This document shows positions 14,552 to 27,187 of a stretch of 64,000 nucleotides of DNA, piece by piece. Made by a program: the position numbers and the translations under genes. The notes below the pieces were generated by a model, which was not told where the DNA came from, searched no databases, and saw nothing but the letters and a program-made list of their open reading frames with translations. The stretch lies in the NCBI GenBank assembly GCA_964016885.1, contig OZ024740.1, positions 162,812,001-162,876,000 on the forward strand. The letters are read 5' to 3'. The stretch is from Eledone cirrhosa (taxonomy: Eukaryota). Every line of letters starts with the position of its first letter. Position 1 is the first letter of the stretch.

Positions 14552-14790
14552 CAGTGGAGGCACATGGCCTAGTGGTAAGGGTGTTGGACTTACGATCATA
14601 ATATTGTGGGTTCAGTTCCTGGGCTGGGTTGCATGTTGTGTTCTTGAGCAAAACGCTTCATTTCATGTTGTTCCGGTATACTCAGCTGAAAATAAGTACA
14701 GGCAATAGCTGTCCAGTGGCGAGTCTTGTACTCTCAGTCACTTCACGCCATGAAACCGGGATAAGCATCAGCTTAACGAGCCTTCTGCCT
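14552..14790 (+). mobile_element. CORE-type tRNA-derived SINE (partial duplicate at 13368-13521)
   Basis: tRNA-like head gtggaggcacatggcctagtggtaagg...ggttcagttcct, then MIR-core-like cttgagcaaaac.cttc...ctcagctg. Confidence 0.7.
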
Positions 14791-16128
14791 TAAAGCAGAC
14801 TTTAGATTTAGACATGACAACCACTCATATGTATCACATATCTAAAATTGTCTAAATAAAGCTGGATCTTCTGTTCAGGGCCTACAAATACTTCAGATCA
14901 ATTGTTAATCTTAAACAAGTCTCAAATATATTATTCTACACTAGAATACTACTCAAATTTCTAGGACTGTACACCCAGCACCCAAAAACAAAACTCTCAT
15001 AGGAAAACCATCATTCACCAAGTCTTGAAAAAACCTACCTGCTGCCTTAATCTCTCTCTCTCTCACTCTCTCATTGCAAGGCAACCCTAATTGCTGTAGA
15101 TACTCATATTTTTCTGCTGACTGCGCTGGTGCAATGTAAAATAAAGTACATTACTCAAGGACGACACAATGCACCACCTGGTCTTGGGATCACACAGATT
15201 TATGATCATATGTCTGACACTCTAGCCATAAGGTCACACACACGCCTTCAATTTCATCTAAAATATCTTATTTCATCCTTGGTTTCTTCCAAATCTCAAC
15301 TGTGTCTCATGTCTTTTACCGCTTGCTAAATTGCATAGCTTAATGCTTTATCTAAACTAGAACACACACATTTTGTCTCTTCCTGCTTTGTTTTACATCT
15401 AAGCTGGGAGAGCTTAAATTAAATATTAATCATATTCACCGTACCCAAGAATTCCAGTAAACATGTTATGTAGGTTTGAAATATGAAAATAGTCCATGTT
15501 AATAATTGAAATCTTAAATCAGTGGTTCCCTAATATATTTTATTACAGAACCCACACACATATCTTGCAGACAATCCTCTTCTCTCACACATTTTTTAAC
15601 GAGACATGAAATGAAACAAAAATTGTTTAACCCTTTTCTTACCATATTTTTAATGAAGACACAAAGATTTTGAGGGATGTAGTAATTTAACAAATTTTCT
15701 CTTTAATTCTTGGCAAAGCTGTTCTTCTAGAGAATGGGTTGCATGTGGCAAATAGTGATATGGCCACCAGATATAATGGTTAGGTGTGATCATGACTTAA
15801 CAAAGGTTCTTACATAGAAGGATTTTAGATAAATATAAATACTTTAAAGTAAACAGTTTTGTATCATAGAACTAAGGTTGGTTTCATGCAGTTTGATGGT
15901 TAGTTATGATATAAGTAGGCTAATGCCAACCAAATATTCACACTGCGACAGGTTTTTGAGAACTCATGGGAGCATTGCTATGAAATGTATGCTTGTTTCA
16001 TAGACCTCATGGGACTTGTGGAAGGTTGTACAGGAGTATGGGATCGATAGACAGTTTCTTGTTGCCTTGATGATATATAAATGATTTTAATATATTATTT
16101 TAATTCAGGGTTATATTTCTTATTTCAG

Positions 16129-16200
16129 ATTTTTCTACTGCGTTGTTCATCACATCCAATCCTCTGTGCTGATAAAGTCTTTGTCAGTTTTCTTCGACAG
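16129..16200 (+). CDS. SNX4: SNX4 exon (IFLLRCSSHPILCADKVFVSFLRQ)
   Basis: tttcag| ... |gtatat. 72 nt. Matches recalled SNX4 'FLLRIASHPILCRDKIFYLFL'. Confidence 0.93.
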
Positions 16201-16841
16201 GTATATATCTAAAATCTTTAAAAATTTTGCATGGAGGATTTTTCTTTATGAAGCAATTTTTATCTATCTGTCTGTCAATCTACTTGTCTGTCTGATGACC
16301 TTGGAGAAACTTTTGATTAAACTATCAATTTCTATTATGGTATTGAGTACTCATTCTTGAGTTCATCAATACTAAATGCACACGCACACACATGCATATA
16401 TATATATATATATAATTTCTTGAATATGCCAAATTTCACAATTTCTCTTATGTCAGAAATATGAAATTTTGGCCATTTTTATCTAGCTAAAAAAATATTG
16501 AATATCTTCAAAATTATTCCATGTTCAGATATGTCACTAATTGACTATATTTTTAGAAAATAGGTATCACAAATTTTGCCTCATTCTATCCAACTCAACA
16601 GCATTATCAAGACATTCTTGAAAAGTACAAAACTGCTCCAAGATTGCAACACATTAAAAATTATTGTCTTTATTTTATTTTACTGAAGATTTTTCACAAT
16701 CTACTATAAGCATTTGAATGAATAAGCCCATTTTTAGATATATTCCCCAAAAAAGAAAGTCTAAAGACTATATCATAATTCATATCTCATAGCAATTAAT
16801 GTTTCAAACTTTATGATCCTATTTTCTTTTATTCCTTATAG

Positions 16842-16889
16842 GATGCTGGATGGAAGGAACTAGCTTTTGCTACTGAATTTCAAAGCAAG
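16842..16889 (+). CDS. SNX4: SNX4 exon (DAGWKELAFATEFQSK)
   Basis: ccttatag| ... |gttaaa. 48 nt, phase 0. Matches 'EGNWKETVNETGFQLK'. Confidence 0.88.
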
Positions 16890-17516
16890 GTTAAAACAAA
16901 TTCATAAATTTAATGACTCCAATTATTTCATTTCTCTATTGATTCGTAATAACAAATTGTAATAACTTACTTTCTATAAACTGATTTCATCATCAATATG
17001 GTTTTAACATTCACTTTCCTTGCTAGCAAGGATTGAACGTCTCTACATAGACAATGTCAGTACTGAAGTGGAAACACTGATCTCCCATGCAGGCCAGGGA
17101 TCTGTGTCACTTTATGTATGGTCAATGCTCAACTGAGTGCACAGGAGTGGTTGTCATGTCTTTAACATAACTGAGGGTCCTCCCAATCCTTTTGTTTGGC
17201 AAGATTTCTAAGACTGGAAGCCCTTCCTATCACCACCACTTTACAGCGTGCACTTATCATGTAAATCACCAACACTAGGGAGGCTGCCATGTCCTTGACA
17301 CGGCTGAAGGATCCTCCCGACCTTTTGTCTGGCAAGCTCTCTATGGCTGGATGCCCTTACTATTATCAGCTACTTTACCTACATGATAAACACACCTAGT
17401 ACATGCTGTAAATGTCAGTATATTAAATGATTTCATGGTTTAGTTTTCTTTCTCATACTTTTATAACATTTAGTAATTGTTAGATAATAACCCTTTATTC
17501 ATCTTTTATTTTTCAG

Positions 17517-17572
17517 GCTGAATCTAAAATAAAAAGTCTTAGTGCTGCCTTTCGACTTAAAAGACCAGACCG
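17517..17572 (+). CDS. SNX4: SNX4 exon (AESKIKSLSAAFRLKRPD(R))
   Basis: tttcag| ... |gtaagt. 56 nt. Matches 'ADSRLKALNATFRVKNPD'. Confidence 0.93.
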
Positions 17573-18337
17573 GTAAGTTACAATAACAATAACTACCAAA
17601 TTAGTAAGGAGCCTTAGGTAATGATGTCTATAGACTTTCACCAGAAAATTTCTTTGAAATGGCCAGCAGCATGTGTTTTTTTTGTTAATTTCCCTAAATG
17701 GAATATATTACATAGTTATTAATTTTTGTTTTTGTTAAAATAATCTAGTTGTTGTTTTTGTTTAGCTCCTGGTCAGTCTTGATTGGGCAAACCTATGATC
17801 AAAATATTTAAGTTATGCCATGGCTATTCTAGCTACATTATCCAATAGATTCTGTTTTTAAACATTAGGGTATGCTTTGAGGGAGATCTGGCTGCTATTT
17901 CTAACAGACTGAGTGATCAAATAGAACCTCATTCATTAATCTGGTGATCACAGGCATGGCTGAGTGGTTAAGAAGTTCACAATGATGAGGTCCCAAGTTT
18001 GAGCCACTGTGTAGCATGATGCACAAGTACCATAACTTCAGCAAATCCAAACCATGTAAATAAAATTGGTTAGATGGAAAACTATGTGGGAGCTTGGATG
18101 GATTGTACCTATAATTAAAGAACTAACGTTGTCACACATTGCATTTTACTGATTCAGCCTGCAAGGGTTAAAGTCAGATCTCTGGTTTGAGAATGACTTT
18201 CATCCCTTCTTCTCACCAGTCTCAAAGACCCCCAAAAACAAACACATAGACACTATCCTTCCTCCTTGACAAAACAATAAAAACAAAAATCAGAAAGTTT
18301 TTGTTTCACCTTCTTTGTAATTTTTTTTTTTTTAAAG

Positions 18338-18410
18338 ACAATTTGAAGAACTGAAAAACTACAGTAATGAACTTCAATCCATCATTTCAACCATATTGAA
18401 AATCAGAGCA
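18338..18410 (+). CDS. SNX4: SNX4 exon, BAR domain (QFEELKNYSNELQSIISTILKIRA)
   Basis: Poly-T tract + aaag| ... |gtaagt. 73 nt, phase consistent with neighbours. Confidence 0.92.
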
Positions 18411-20056
18411 GTAAGTTCAATAATAAAATCCTAAGTTTCAGATTCTTTTAACCCTCTTGATTGTAAAGTACCTGAAACTGCCACTGATTATATGATACAA
18501 AACTGTTTATTTTAAAGTGTTTATATTTATCTACAAATCTTCCATCATCATTTTTTTATAAGAACCTTTGTTATGTTCCAAACACCATCTTACTAAGAAA
18601 TTTAGTTATTTTTACTAAATCTATCCAAATTCTTGGTTATTTTCAAAATTATTTGAAAATCAAAGGCAGTGTCTTTTAATAGAAATATGGCAACAGAAGT
18701 TTTAAGCTTGGAAAAGAAATATATTTGGTTTCTTGAAAACATTTTTCTTTTTCTTTTTTCAAAATGGTTTAGTTTAATTATTTACCATATATGTCAATAT
18801 AGGAGTATGTGTCAGTAGTTACTAAGGTAGAGTTTAGTTAACCATTAGCCGTCCTAATCACAGGATTCAAGGTTCACATTTTATATCGGGGGAGTGGATG
18901 ATATTTTAAGGTTAAAAGTTGTATTGTATGCTAATTAATATACATAGTAGTCCATATAAATAACAAATTTAAACTCCTCACTTAAATCTTGATGTTTAAA
19001 ATTTAGTGCATCTAATTTTAAAACAACTGAAAACTAACCAATTGGAGTAATTAATAAAATCTGTTTGTCAAATAATTCCCTAAAATTACAATATATAATT
19101 TTATCAAGAATAATTTTGTTACTGACAGGTATAGATTGAAATCTTGTTCTAGCTGACCTCTTATGGGGCTGCATCTAAGAGAATGCTTCTTGGGTGTTAT
19201 AATAATCAGGTCTTCAGTCTTATAGATTGAAATGAATTTGACTTGTTTCAAGATTTTAATGGGGTTTTTTGCTTAATGATCCAGCAAATGTCACTTCTAG
19301 ACAGAAGAAGGGTAGAGCAATAGAGGAAGAGATATCAAGAAATAAGCATATATCATCATCATCGTTTAACGTCTATCTTCCACGCTAGCATGGGTTTAGA
19401 CAGGAATTGTCCCACTTGAGGCAAGATTGGTTGTCTCGCTCGTATGGGACTGTCTGGCAGGTTTTCTATGGCTGGATGCCCTTCCTAACACCAACCCCGT
19501 TTACAGTGTGGACAGTATATATATATATGTAGCAAAATCTCGACATATTTTCTGATGATGGTTTTCTTAGTCTGCCACACACAACTACTTTAAGACTGAC
19601 CTACAACCTCAGAGACACAAATTTAGATAACGTTCTCTTCTAAGAAGCTCAGCCTAATCTTTTGATATACAAGAGATTTTCTACCAGAAGACACATTTTC
19701 CTTTTCAACTTTGCAACAGAAAAATTGCTTGTTTTTGTCAACCTTGCAATGTAGCCACATACACAGTCAAACACTCTCACTAGTCAGTCTTGCTGGGATC
19801 AGCTCTAGCTGAGATCATTACCAACACAAGTTAGGGAATATTACTATATTTGCACACACAACATACTGCATCTCACATACATCTTTGATCTTAATTGTTC
19901 CTGCCATAACCATCCAATGTTTTTTTTTTTCACCCATAGTGTATCTTAAATAGATATAATATTTTACAATAGTTGCTTTACTCTATTGTCAATAAACAAT
20001 TATTTCTACAAATTGAAAAATATGTATATTTAATGAGTTTTTAAATCTAATTCCAG

Positions 20057-20184
20057 AAACTTGCCGACCGGCTTTATGGCATTCACAAATTTCATGCCAA
20101 TTATGCCAGAGTCTATGCTGAATGGAGTGCTTTAGAGAAAGAGATGAGTGAAGGCCTGAAGGGATCAGGACATTATATGGATGT
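20057..20184 (+). CDS. SNX4: SNX4 exon (KLADRLYGIHKFHANYARVYAEWSALEKEMSEGLKGSGHYMD(V))
   Basis: ttccag| ... |gtaagt. Matches 'ADRLYGVYKVHGNYGRVFSEWSAIEKEM'. Confidence 0.95.
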
Positions 20185-20232
20185 GTAAGTTAATAATGTT
20201 TGACATTCATATATATATATATATGTGTGTGT

Positions 20233-20653
20233 GTGTGTTGTTTCCTTGAGCAAGACACTTTATTTCACATTGCTCCAGTTTACTCAGCTGTAGAAATGAG
20301 ATGATAGGGACTGGGGTCCCTATCATTCCACTGCAAAGTGGTCGTGGAGGTGCCACGGCAAAAAAGCACCCAGCCCACACTGTAAAGTGGACATGTAGGC
20401 GCCATGGCAAAAAAGCACCCAGCCCACACTGTAAAGTGGACGTGTAGGCGCAACAGGAAATAAAAAGCACCCAGCACTCACTGTAAATGAGGTTGGTGTT
20501 AGGAAGGGCATCCAGCTGTAGAGATCAAGCCAGAATCAGTTCCCGTATGAGCGTGACAAGATCAGCCGACTGGGCACTGCCCACAACATGACAACCCGTC
20601 TAACCCATGCTAGCGTGGAACAACGGACATAAAACGGTGATGATGATGATGAT
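20233..20653 (+). mobile_element. 5'-truncated CORE-SINE with RTE-derived 3' tail
   Basis: CORE-like ccttgagcaagacactt..cagtttactcagctgta. The 3' part matches the 3' UTR of the RTE at 6118-6360. About 49-bp internal repeats and a (GAT)n tail. Confidence 0.8.
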
Positions 20654-21694
20654 TCTATGAATGAGAGTGATCTATGTCATTGGATTCTGTATGAGTATAT
20701 GAGGTACATTCTCTAAATATTTATTGGCTACATGAGGTACAACATTTTCAGATAAAGGGACATGTTAAGGGCTATGTTCTCAGGCAGCAAATTGGCAGAG
20801 TTATTAGTATGTATGTATGGTCCTGTAACTCCTGGGGGAGTCGTAGAGGTACTGTATTGACATACGCTTTTTCTTGGGCATTTAAAGCCTGGCGGAGCCC
20901 ATCTCTCTCCAGAGAAAAATAGGAAGTGAGATAGAGGAAATGAGAAAGATATATAGAAGAAAAATCAACCCCAGTACTAGCCTGGGAGTTTTTTATCAAC
21001 CTTGAAAGGATGAAAGGCATAGTTGTCCTCAGTGGGATTTGAACTCAGAGAGCAGAGAGCTGGAACGAATACCATAAAACATTTGAACCAAAGTGCTAAC
21101 GACTTTGTCGATTCGCCACCTAGAGTTATTACAGTGTAGGACATAATGTCTTGTAGTACTTGTTCTGGCTCGCTAAGTTAAAATCCTGTCACAGTCAAAT
21201 TTGCCTGTTATCCTTACAGGGTCAATAAAATAAAGTACCAGTCCTGGGCAGTGGATTTATAGAATTGTTAAAATATTGGATGAGATGCTGTGTGGTATTT
21301 GTTCTAGGTCTTTGTGTCCTGAGTTTAAATCCCACTGTGGCCTAGCTGGATGGTAGATTTAATCCATTGCTTAGTTTAACACCACCATCTGGCCCTTTGG
21401 TGCTTTTAGAAGAGTCTACTTTGTTACTTTGTTGCAAGCATTTGAACCAGGTCTTTGATTTGAAGATACCCCCCTCTTTCCAGTCTCTGAAGCCATGAAA
21501 AAAGTCTTGGGCACTGCCTTTCTCTCTCTGCAAAAATATTTAAAAAAATAAAATAAATGAAAATGTTGCATTATGGACTTGTGAGGTACTGTTTCCTGAC
21601 ACCAAGAGTATTTAGAGTATTTCAGAACACTGTTAAAGAATGTAAGCTGCTGTCTGTACATTACATAATTGTGTCCCAGGTCAGTCCTGATTAA

Positions 21695-21909
21695 CCCTTT
21701 CATTACCATATTTCTAATGAAAGACACTACAGATAATCAAGAATTTGGTGAGATTTAGAAATATATCTTTCTCATTAACATGCTGGTATTTGGAACATAA
21801 CTTAACAAAGGTTCTTAGTTAAATTTATGATGGAAATAAAAGCACTTTAAATCAAACAGTTTTATATCAGAGAACCAGGGCAGTATCAGGTGGTTTGGTA
21901 TCAAAAGGG
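21695..21909. mobile_element. TTAA MITE, second subfamily, nested in another repeat
   Basis: TTAA|CCCTTTCATTACCA ... TGGTATCAAAAGGG|TTAA. The flanks join into the repeat seen uninterrupted near 17769. Partial relatives near 15627, 18447 and 28407. Confidence 0.75.
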
Positions 21910-22343
21910 TTAAGTGAACCTGTGACCAAAAGGTGTTCCAGCCATAATCAATCCTCATTGTTTGTATATTTAGGACTATATTGTCCAATGTGTCCTTCTT
22001 TTGAGAGGGTGGGTCTGATGTGAGGAAGATTTAATTGTTATCTTTTGCAGGTCAATCAACTGCATAATTGGTTCATAAACTAATAGGTATTTTGTTTGTG
22101 TAGCTCTCTATATGTTGTGCATGTGGGTGTTACACTTAATTTGTCACTCTTGTTACTAAAGGCACCACCTAACCCTTTAACAAAGTTTACTCTGTTGCAA
22201 ACATTCAAACTAGGTCTCCAGTCTGATATTTCTTCCTCCCTTTACCAGTTTCAGAGAACATTCATCAAAGACCAAAAATTAAAAGCTGTATTTGGTTTAG
22301 TATAGATACAATATATCCCTGCATGTTGTAAGCAACAACTAAA

Positions 22344-22406
22344 CCCGTCTAACCCATGCTAGCGTGGAAGAACGGACGTAAAACGGTGATGATGATGATG
22401 ATGATG
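22344..22406 (+). mobile_element. Extreme 3' fragment of RTE or RTE-tailed SINE
   Basis: cccgtctaacccatgctagcgtggaagaacggacgtaaaacggt(gat)n flanked by TSD aactaaa (22337-22343 and 22407-22413). Confidence 0.75.
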
Positions 22407-23143
22407 AACTAAAATGGCACCAGAAAAGGCATCCTGCCATGAAACATTACCTAAAAAAAGAGCCTATAATGTGTTTGAAACTTGTCACAGAGCCCTTAAA
22501 GTTAACCTCTGCTTTAGCAAAGAAAATGACCTTAAAACACTTGTGTTGTATGTATATATATATATACAAATTATGTCCATGTCCCCATTAGCATGAGTTA
22601 GATTGAAATGTCCACATATAAGCTAGAAGCCTTGTAACAATTACTTCTCATATTTATACCTGCAAAAAAAGCAACCAAATCTCCCTAAAAAAACCATCCT
22701 GTGTTAAATAAGAAAAAGACAGTTTATGTTGGACAGTATATTCCTAAAAAATAGGACATCATAGCTAAAATATATTTGATAATAGGTTTACTCAATCAAC
22801 TGACCTGGAGCTAAATAGTCAGCAGCCACCTATATTCTTCTTGACTCGTCTCCCATAAATTCACAAGATTCACACCCTATATTATACACATCTTTATTAA
22901 ATATTTTTTTTAATTATAAACAAAACTGCAGTAATCCATAAAATTTTAGAAAATATTTATTTATGGAATATATCATGTAAATACAGTTTAATAGAAAAAG
23001 AAAAAAAGAAAATTTAGATTGAAAAGAAAGACTGGAATGTAAATTAAGAAAATATGAAAAGAAAAGAAAAAAGTAACAGATAAACGTAGCTAGTGTAAAT
23101 AATAACTGTTGCTTTTGTTTTTCTTTATTACTCTCTCATTTAG

Positions 23144-23233
23144 TTTTGCTAATTCTGTTGATGCAATCTTAGAGGAGGAAGAACAATATGCAGATCAACT
23201 CAAAGAATACTTGGCATTTGCTGATTCTTTAAG
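23144..23233 (+). CDS. SNX4: SNX4 exon (FANSVDAILEEEEQYADQLKEYLAFADSL(R))
   Basis: catttag| ... |gtaagt. 90 nt. Contains the YADQLKEYL motif. Confidence 0.95.
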
Positions 23234-23684
23234 GTAAGTTTTCCAAGCAAAGGAGACTTTGTATATTTGAAAACAAGAAAAACTATTTGCTATTTCCATT
23301 ATTCTATTTTTTTTTCTCCTCTTTTCATCATCATCATCTTCATCATATATCTATAATGGTATCTCTATATCAGCTTTTCCATGTTGCTCATCTTTGGGTT
23401 ATAACAATCACTCCTCTTCCAATGGGGGACATAACTATCTAGTTTCCTTCAACAGCACAGACAAAACACCTATCAATAGCATAGCCTTGTGAAACATCCG
23501 TACTCACTGTTTCCTATGGAATACAAACTTAACCAAGTTTGTAAACTTTATTAAATGATGTTTGAAGATAAAGACAAATTACTTCAACTGCCCTGTGACT
23601 GGATTTTATCATTAACTTCATTTAATTGAATTTCAGATTTAATTTGAGAATGAATCTAGGATTGAATGGAAAATTCATGTTTAA

Positions 23685-23912
23685 CCCTTTAGTGTTTACA
23701 TTACTCTATTAGTGTTCACATTACTATTGTATTTTCATGGTAAAGGCTTTACCTTACATAATTATCTCACATAATATCGAATCTGAGATATTGATGTTAT
23801 ATATTTTGAGAACAATGCCTTAACATCAGTATGAGTGGCTGGTTACAGCTGGTTTGAACAGAAAGAGGTGAGCGAATTCTGGCCGGATATAGCCAGTTTA
23901 AATGCTAAAGGG
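23685..23912. mobile_element. TTAA MITE, inverted relative to the 12614 copy
   Basis: TTAA|CCCTTTAG ... ATGCTAAAGGG|TTAA. The body is reverse-complement similar to 12614-12821. Confidence 0.75.
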
Positions 23913-24281
23913 TTAAACATGTATTTTCAAAATATGTCTTATATACTAATGTTTGATATCTCTCTTATAATATATGGCTTTATATTGATGTTTGTATGTA
24001 TGTAAACATACTAAATTTCAATATTGTCTGGATTGCTTTTGAGATGAGTGGCCTAGTAGTTAGTGTTAGGCTTAGGATCATCAGGTTGTGGGTTTAATCC
24101 CTAGACCAGATGGTGCATTGTGTTTTTGAGCAATGCACTTCATTTTACATGAGGGGTGAATTTTGTACTCCTACTTGCTTAACACTTCCTGAAATGAAAA
24201 CAGGCTCTGGTCTTTATCCAACTCATGCAAGCACAGAAAATCGACATAAAAATGATAACATGCACCACGGAAAATAGACAT

Positions 24282-24373
<92 letters not shown>

Positions 24374-24392
24374 CTTATTTAAATCCTTACAG

Positions 24393-24483
24393 GTCTGTTT
24401 GTCGGAAATATGAATGCATACAGTATGACCTGGAGAAAACCGAAGAATGCTTGTCAACAAAAGGAAATCAGAAGGATATGTTG
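24393..24483 (+). CDS. SNX4: SNX4 exon (SVCRKYECIQYDLEKTEECLSTKGNQKDML)
   Basis: ttacag| after a (CT)n tract. The donor |gtgtgt was chosen because it gives the phase 0 needed by the next exon, so the 3' boundary is less certain. Confidence 0.85.
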
Positions 24484-24944
24484 GTGTGTTGCTTCTTACT
24501 TGCTTCTTATGTCTCTGCTTGTTTATTTTACAAGATGGTGAATTGGCAGAGTTATTAGAGCATAAGAAAAGATGCCTTGTGATACTTGTTCTGTTTCCCT
24601 GCACCCTTCAGTTCAAATTCTGTCAAAGTCAAGATGTGAGAGGCCTTGTAATATTTGTTCTGGCTCTTTACATAAAAAGGTAGACTTAATCCATCGCTTG
24701 GTTTAACAACACCACCTGGTGCTTGGATGGTAGACATAATCTATCACCTAGTTTAACAACACAACCACTTGGTCTTTGGATGCCTTTAGCAAAGTTTACT
24801 CTATTGCAATAATTCAGGTCAGGCTTCCATTTCGATGGTAACTTCATACTCTCCTCCAACCAGTCCTTGAAGCAATAAAGATTCGTGGGCTCTGACCTAG
24901 CACCTCAGACTTAGCCAGTAAAAAAAAAATATTACTTCTTTTTC

Positions 24945-25650
24945 TTCTCCCACTTATTCCTGCAAGGATCATGGGGGCAGAGTCCTAAGACACTCCTTCC
25001 AGCAGGTCCTGTCAGAAGCAATCCACTTCAACAGGTCCACCTGGCTCCCTAATCGAGACCAACCAAACCCATGGATGTTATGTTATCCAACCATCATTCT
25101 CGGGGTCTACACCTGGTTCTCCTACCAGTTAGTTTTGCATGTAAAATCTGTCCAGTGATTCTTTCCTGAGACATTTTAACCACATACCCATAGTATCAGA
25201 GCTGTGATCTCTCAATTAGAAGTAGCAGCAGCTCTACCTGGAATGACTATATGATCTCTGAGCTATGCACTCTATCGAGTAAGGTTACTCTGAAAACCCT
25301 TCAGAGGAACCCCATTTCAGCTACTTGTATTCACAATCATATTTTTTTAGTCATTACCCAAGATTCATGACCATAGGTAAGGGTTGGCACGAATACCAAA
25401 TTGAAGATAGCAAGTTTGGCTTTTGCACCTACTGCATTTCTTCTTATTACTGAATACTGAAGCTGGTGCATTACTGCACCAGCTCCTGCAATTTTTGCAC
25501 TTAATTTAGCCTCCTGCCTTCCATCACTCACGAACACGACCTCGAGATACTTGGACTTCTCTCCCTGCTTTAGTGGAGGTTCATTCACATGTGAAGTGCA
25601 CTGCGCAGGATTCCTTGAGAGGATAAGTGTCTCAGTTTTCGCAGCACTGA
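24945..25650 (-). mobile_element. Degraded RTE-type LINE C-terminal fragment (different subfamily)
   Basis: Peptide 'KYLEVVF...AKLAIFNLVFVPTLTYGHESWVMTKK' is typical of the RTE post-RT region. Confidence 0.7.
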
Positions 25651-26565
25651 TTTTTTTAAAATCTAGGTACAAGTCCAGCAAAAATAAATCAGGAGGTGGG
25701 GTGTGTCGATTTCTCCCTCCTCTCTTCCCCCTATTACTTAACAGGTACTTTAGTTATTATTATTGGGGAAATTACAAAAGCATTTTTATTTTGTTTACAT
25801 TATTTTTAATTTACTGTTTAAGTGTTATAATCATGTTATGTATATTTACTCCCATCCCTCTATCTATGATCACACTTTTCCTCCAGCCTCTCACCTCATT
25901 CACATGACCTTGCCAACACCCACCATACGTGCCATACACTCATGACACTATATACATCATTCTCCCTCCATGATATCATGCCTATCACCATCCGATCAAA
26001 AAGAGACAGCATAAGATAGAGAGGACTTTTTAATCATGTCGATGACTTGAAAAGCTTTCTAATGCTGGTGCCACAATAAAACACACCCAGTATACTCCAT
26101 TATGCCTTAACATGGTTTACTTGGTATAATTCATCCTCATCCCCATAGGGTAAAGAGGGCTCCACCCAAGTCAATGTTGACAACTCCCCTAGTGTTTGAC
26201 CATTGTGTCATTTATTCTAACATTTGTGATGGGCACAACTGGAACACCTTTCATCATAGATAGGTCTTTACAACCCACACCTAAAATTTTGATATGGATT
26301 CCACGATTTTTGGGAAATCAGGCAAATGTTCCATAAGAAAATAAATTTGGGAGCCACTGTTATAGTATTATCTGTTCTCCTCAGAGTTGGATTATGATTT
26401 TTGTCCCTACAGGATCAGTGAATTCAGTATTAATGATGTATAACAGAGGTTCTCAAAGTGGGCACTACCGTTGAGAAGGTCCAGTGGGGCGCTGCGGCTT
26501 AAAGGGGTGGTGGAGAGGATATAATAGTATATTAAATATCAAATGATACATATTATATATAAATA

Positions 26566-27186
26566 CTAGCAGTGGTACCCGGCGTTGCATGGGATAAGGT
26601 ATTTTGGAACGCGGGCCGCCAACAGACCCAATCGTGGAAAAACTGCATGCTTGGACAATATGTAAAGTAAATAAACCGAATACTCTGATGGCTGGATAAT
26701 CTTTAAGATTTTCCTCGATGAAGCAGGAAAAATGCAGGTTTTCACTTAGGGGATCAAGAAAATGATTTTTTTTATGTGCATAATATGCCTTGAAATTTTG
26801 GGAAAATCGGCTACACGTAATGCCTCAAAAAAGCCCTAAAAAGCTGAAAAAATGAAGTTTTTCACCTAATGCGAGCCCTAGGCCATAAAAAAGTTGGATT
26901 TTCTTTGCTCACGGTATGAAGAAAAGACTGACTAATGTATAGTTACAATTTCAAGGAAATCAGTCTGACGTAACGCCTCAAAAAAACCCTAAAAAGTTGA
27001 AAAAACGCAGTTTTTCACCTAGGGGATCAAAAAGTTGAATTTTTTATGTGCATAACACTCGCTGAAACATAAGTAATACACATGTAAAGTTTGAAAAAAA
27101 TCGGTTGGGTATTTCTCGAATTTTAGAGATTGAAACTCACAGACACACACACACAGAGACAGACATCCTCAGTTTTATATATAGAG
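26566..27186 (-). mobile_element. Non-autonomous Helitron 1
   Basis: Minus-strand 5' TCTCTATATATAAAACTGAGG and 3' CCCATGCAACGCCGGG-TACCACTG-CTAG|T. Internal direct repeats. Confidence 0.8.
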
Positions 27187-27187
27187 A

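Noticed and set aside
16292-16320. CTGATGA...GAAAC hammerhead-like match
   Set aside because: Stem II is negligible, with no stem III/GUH or stem I complement. Consistent with chance.
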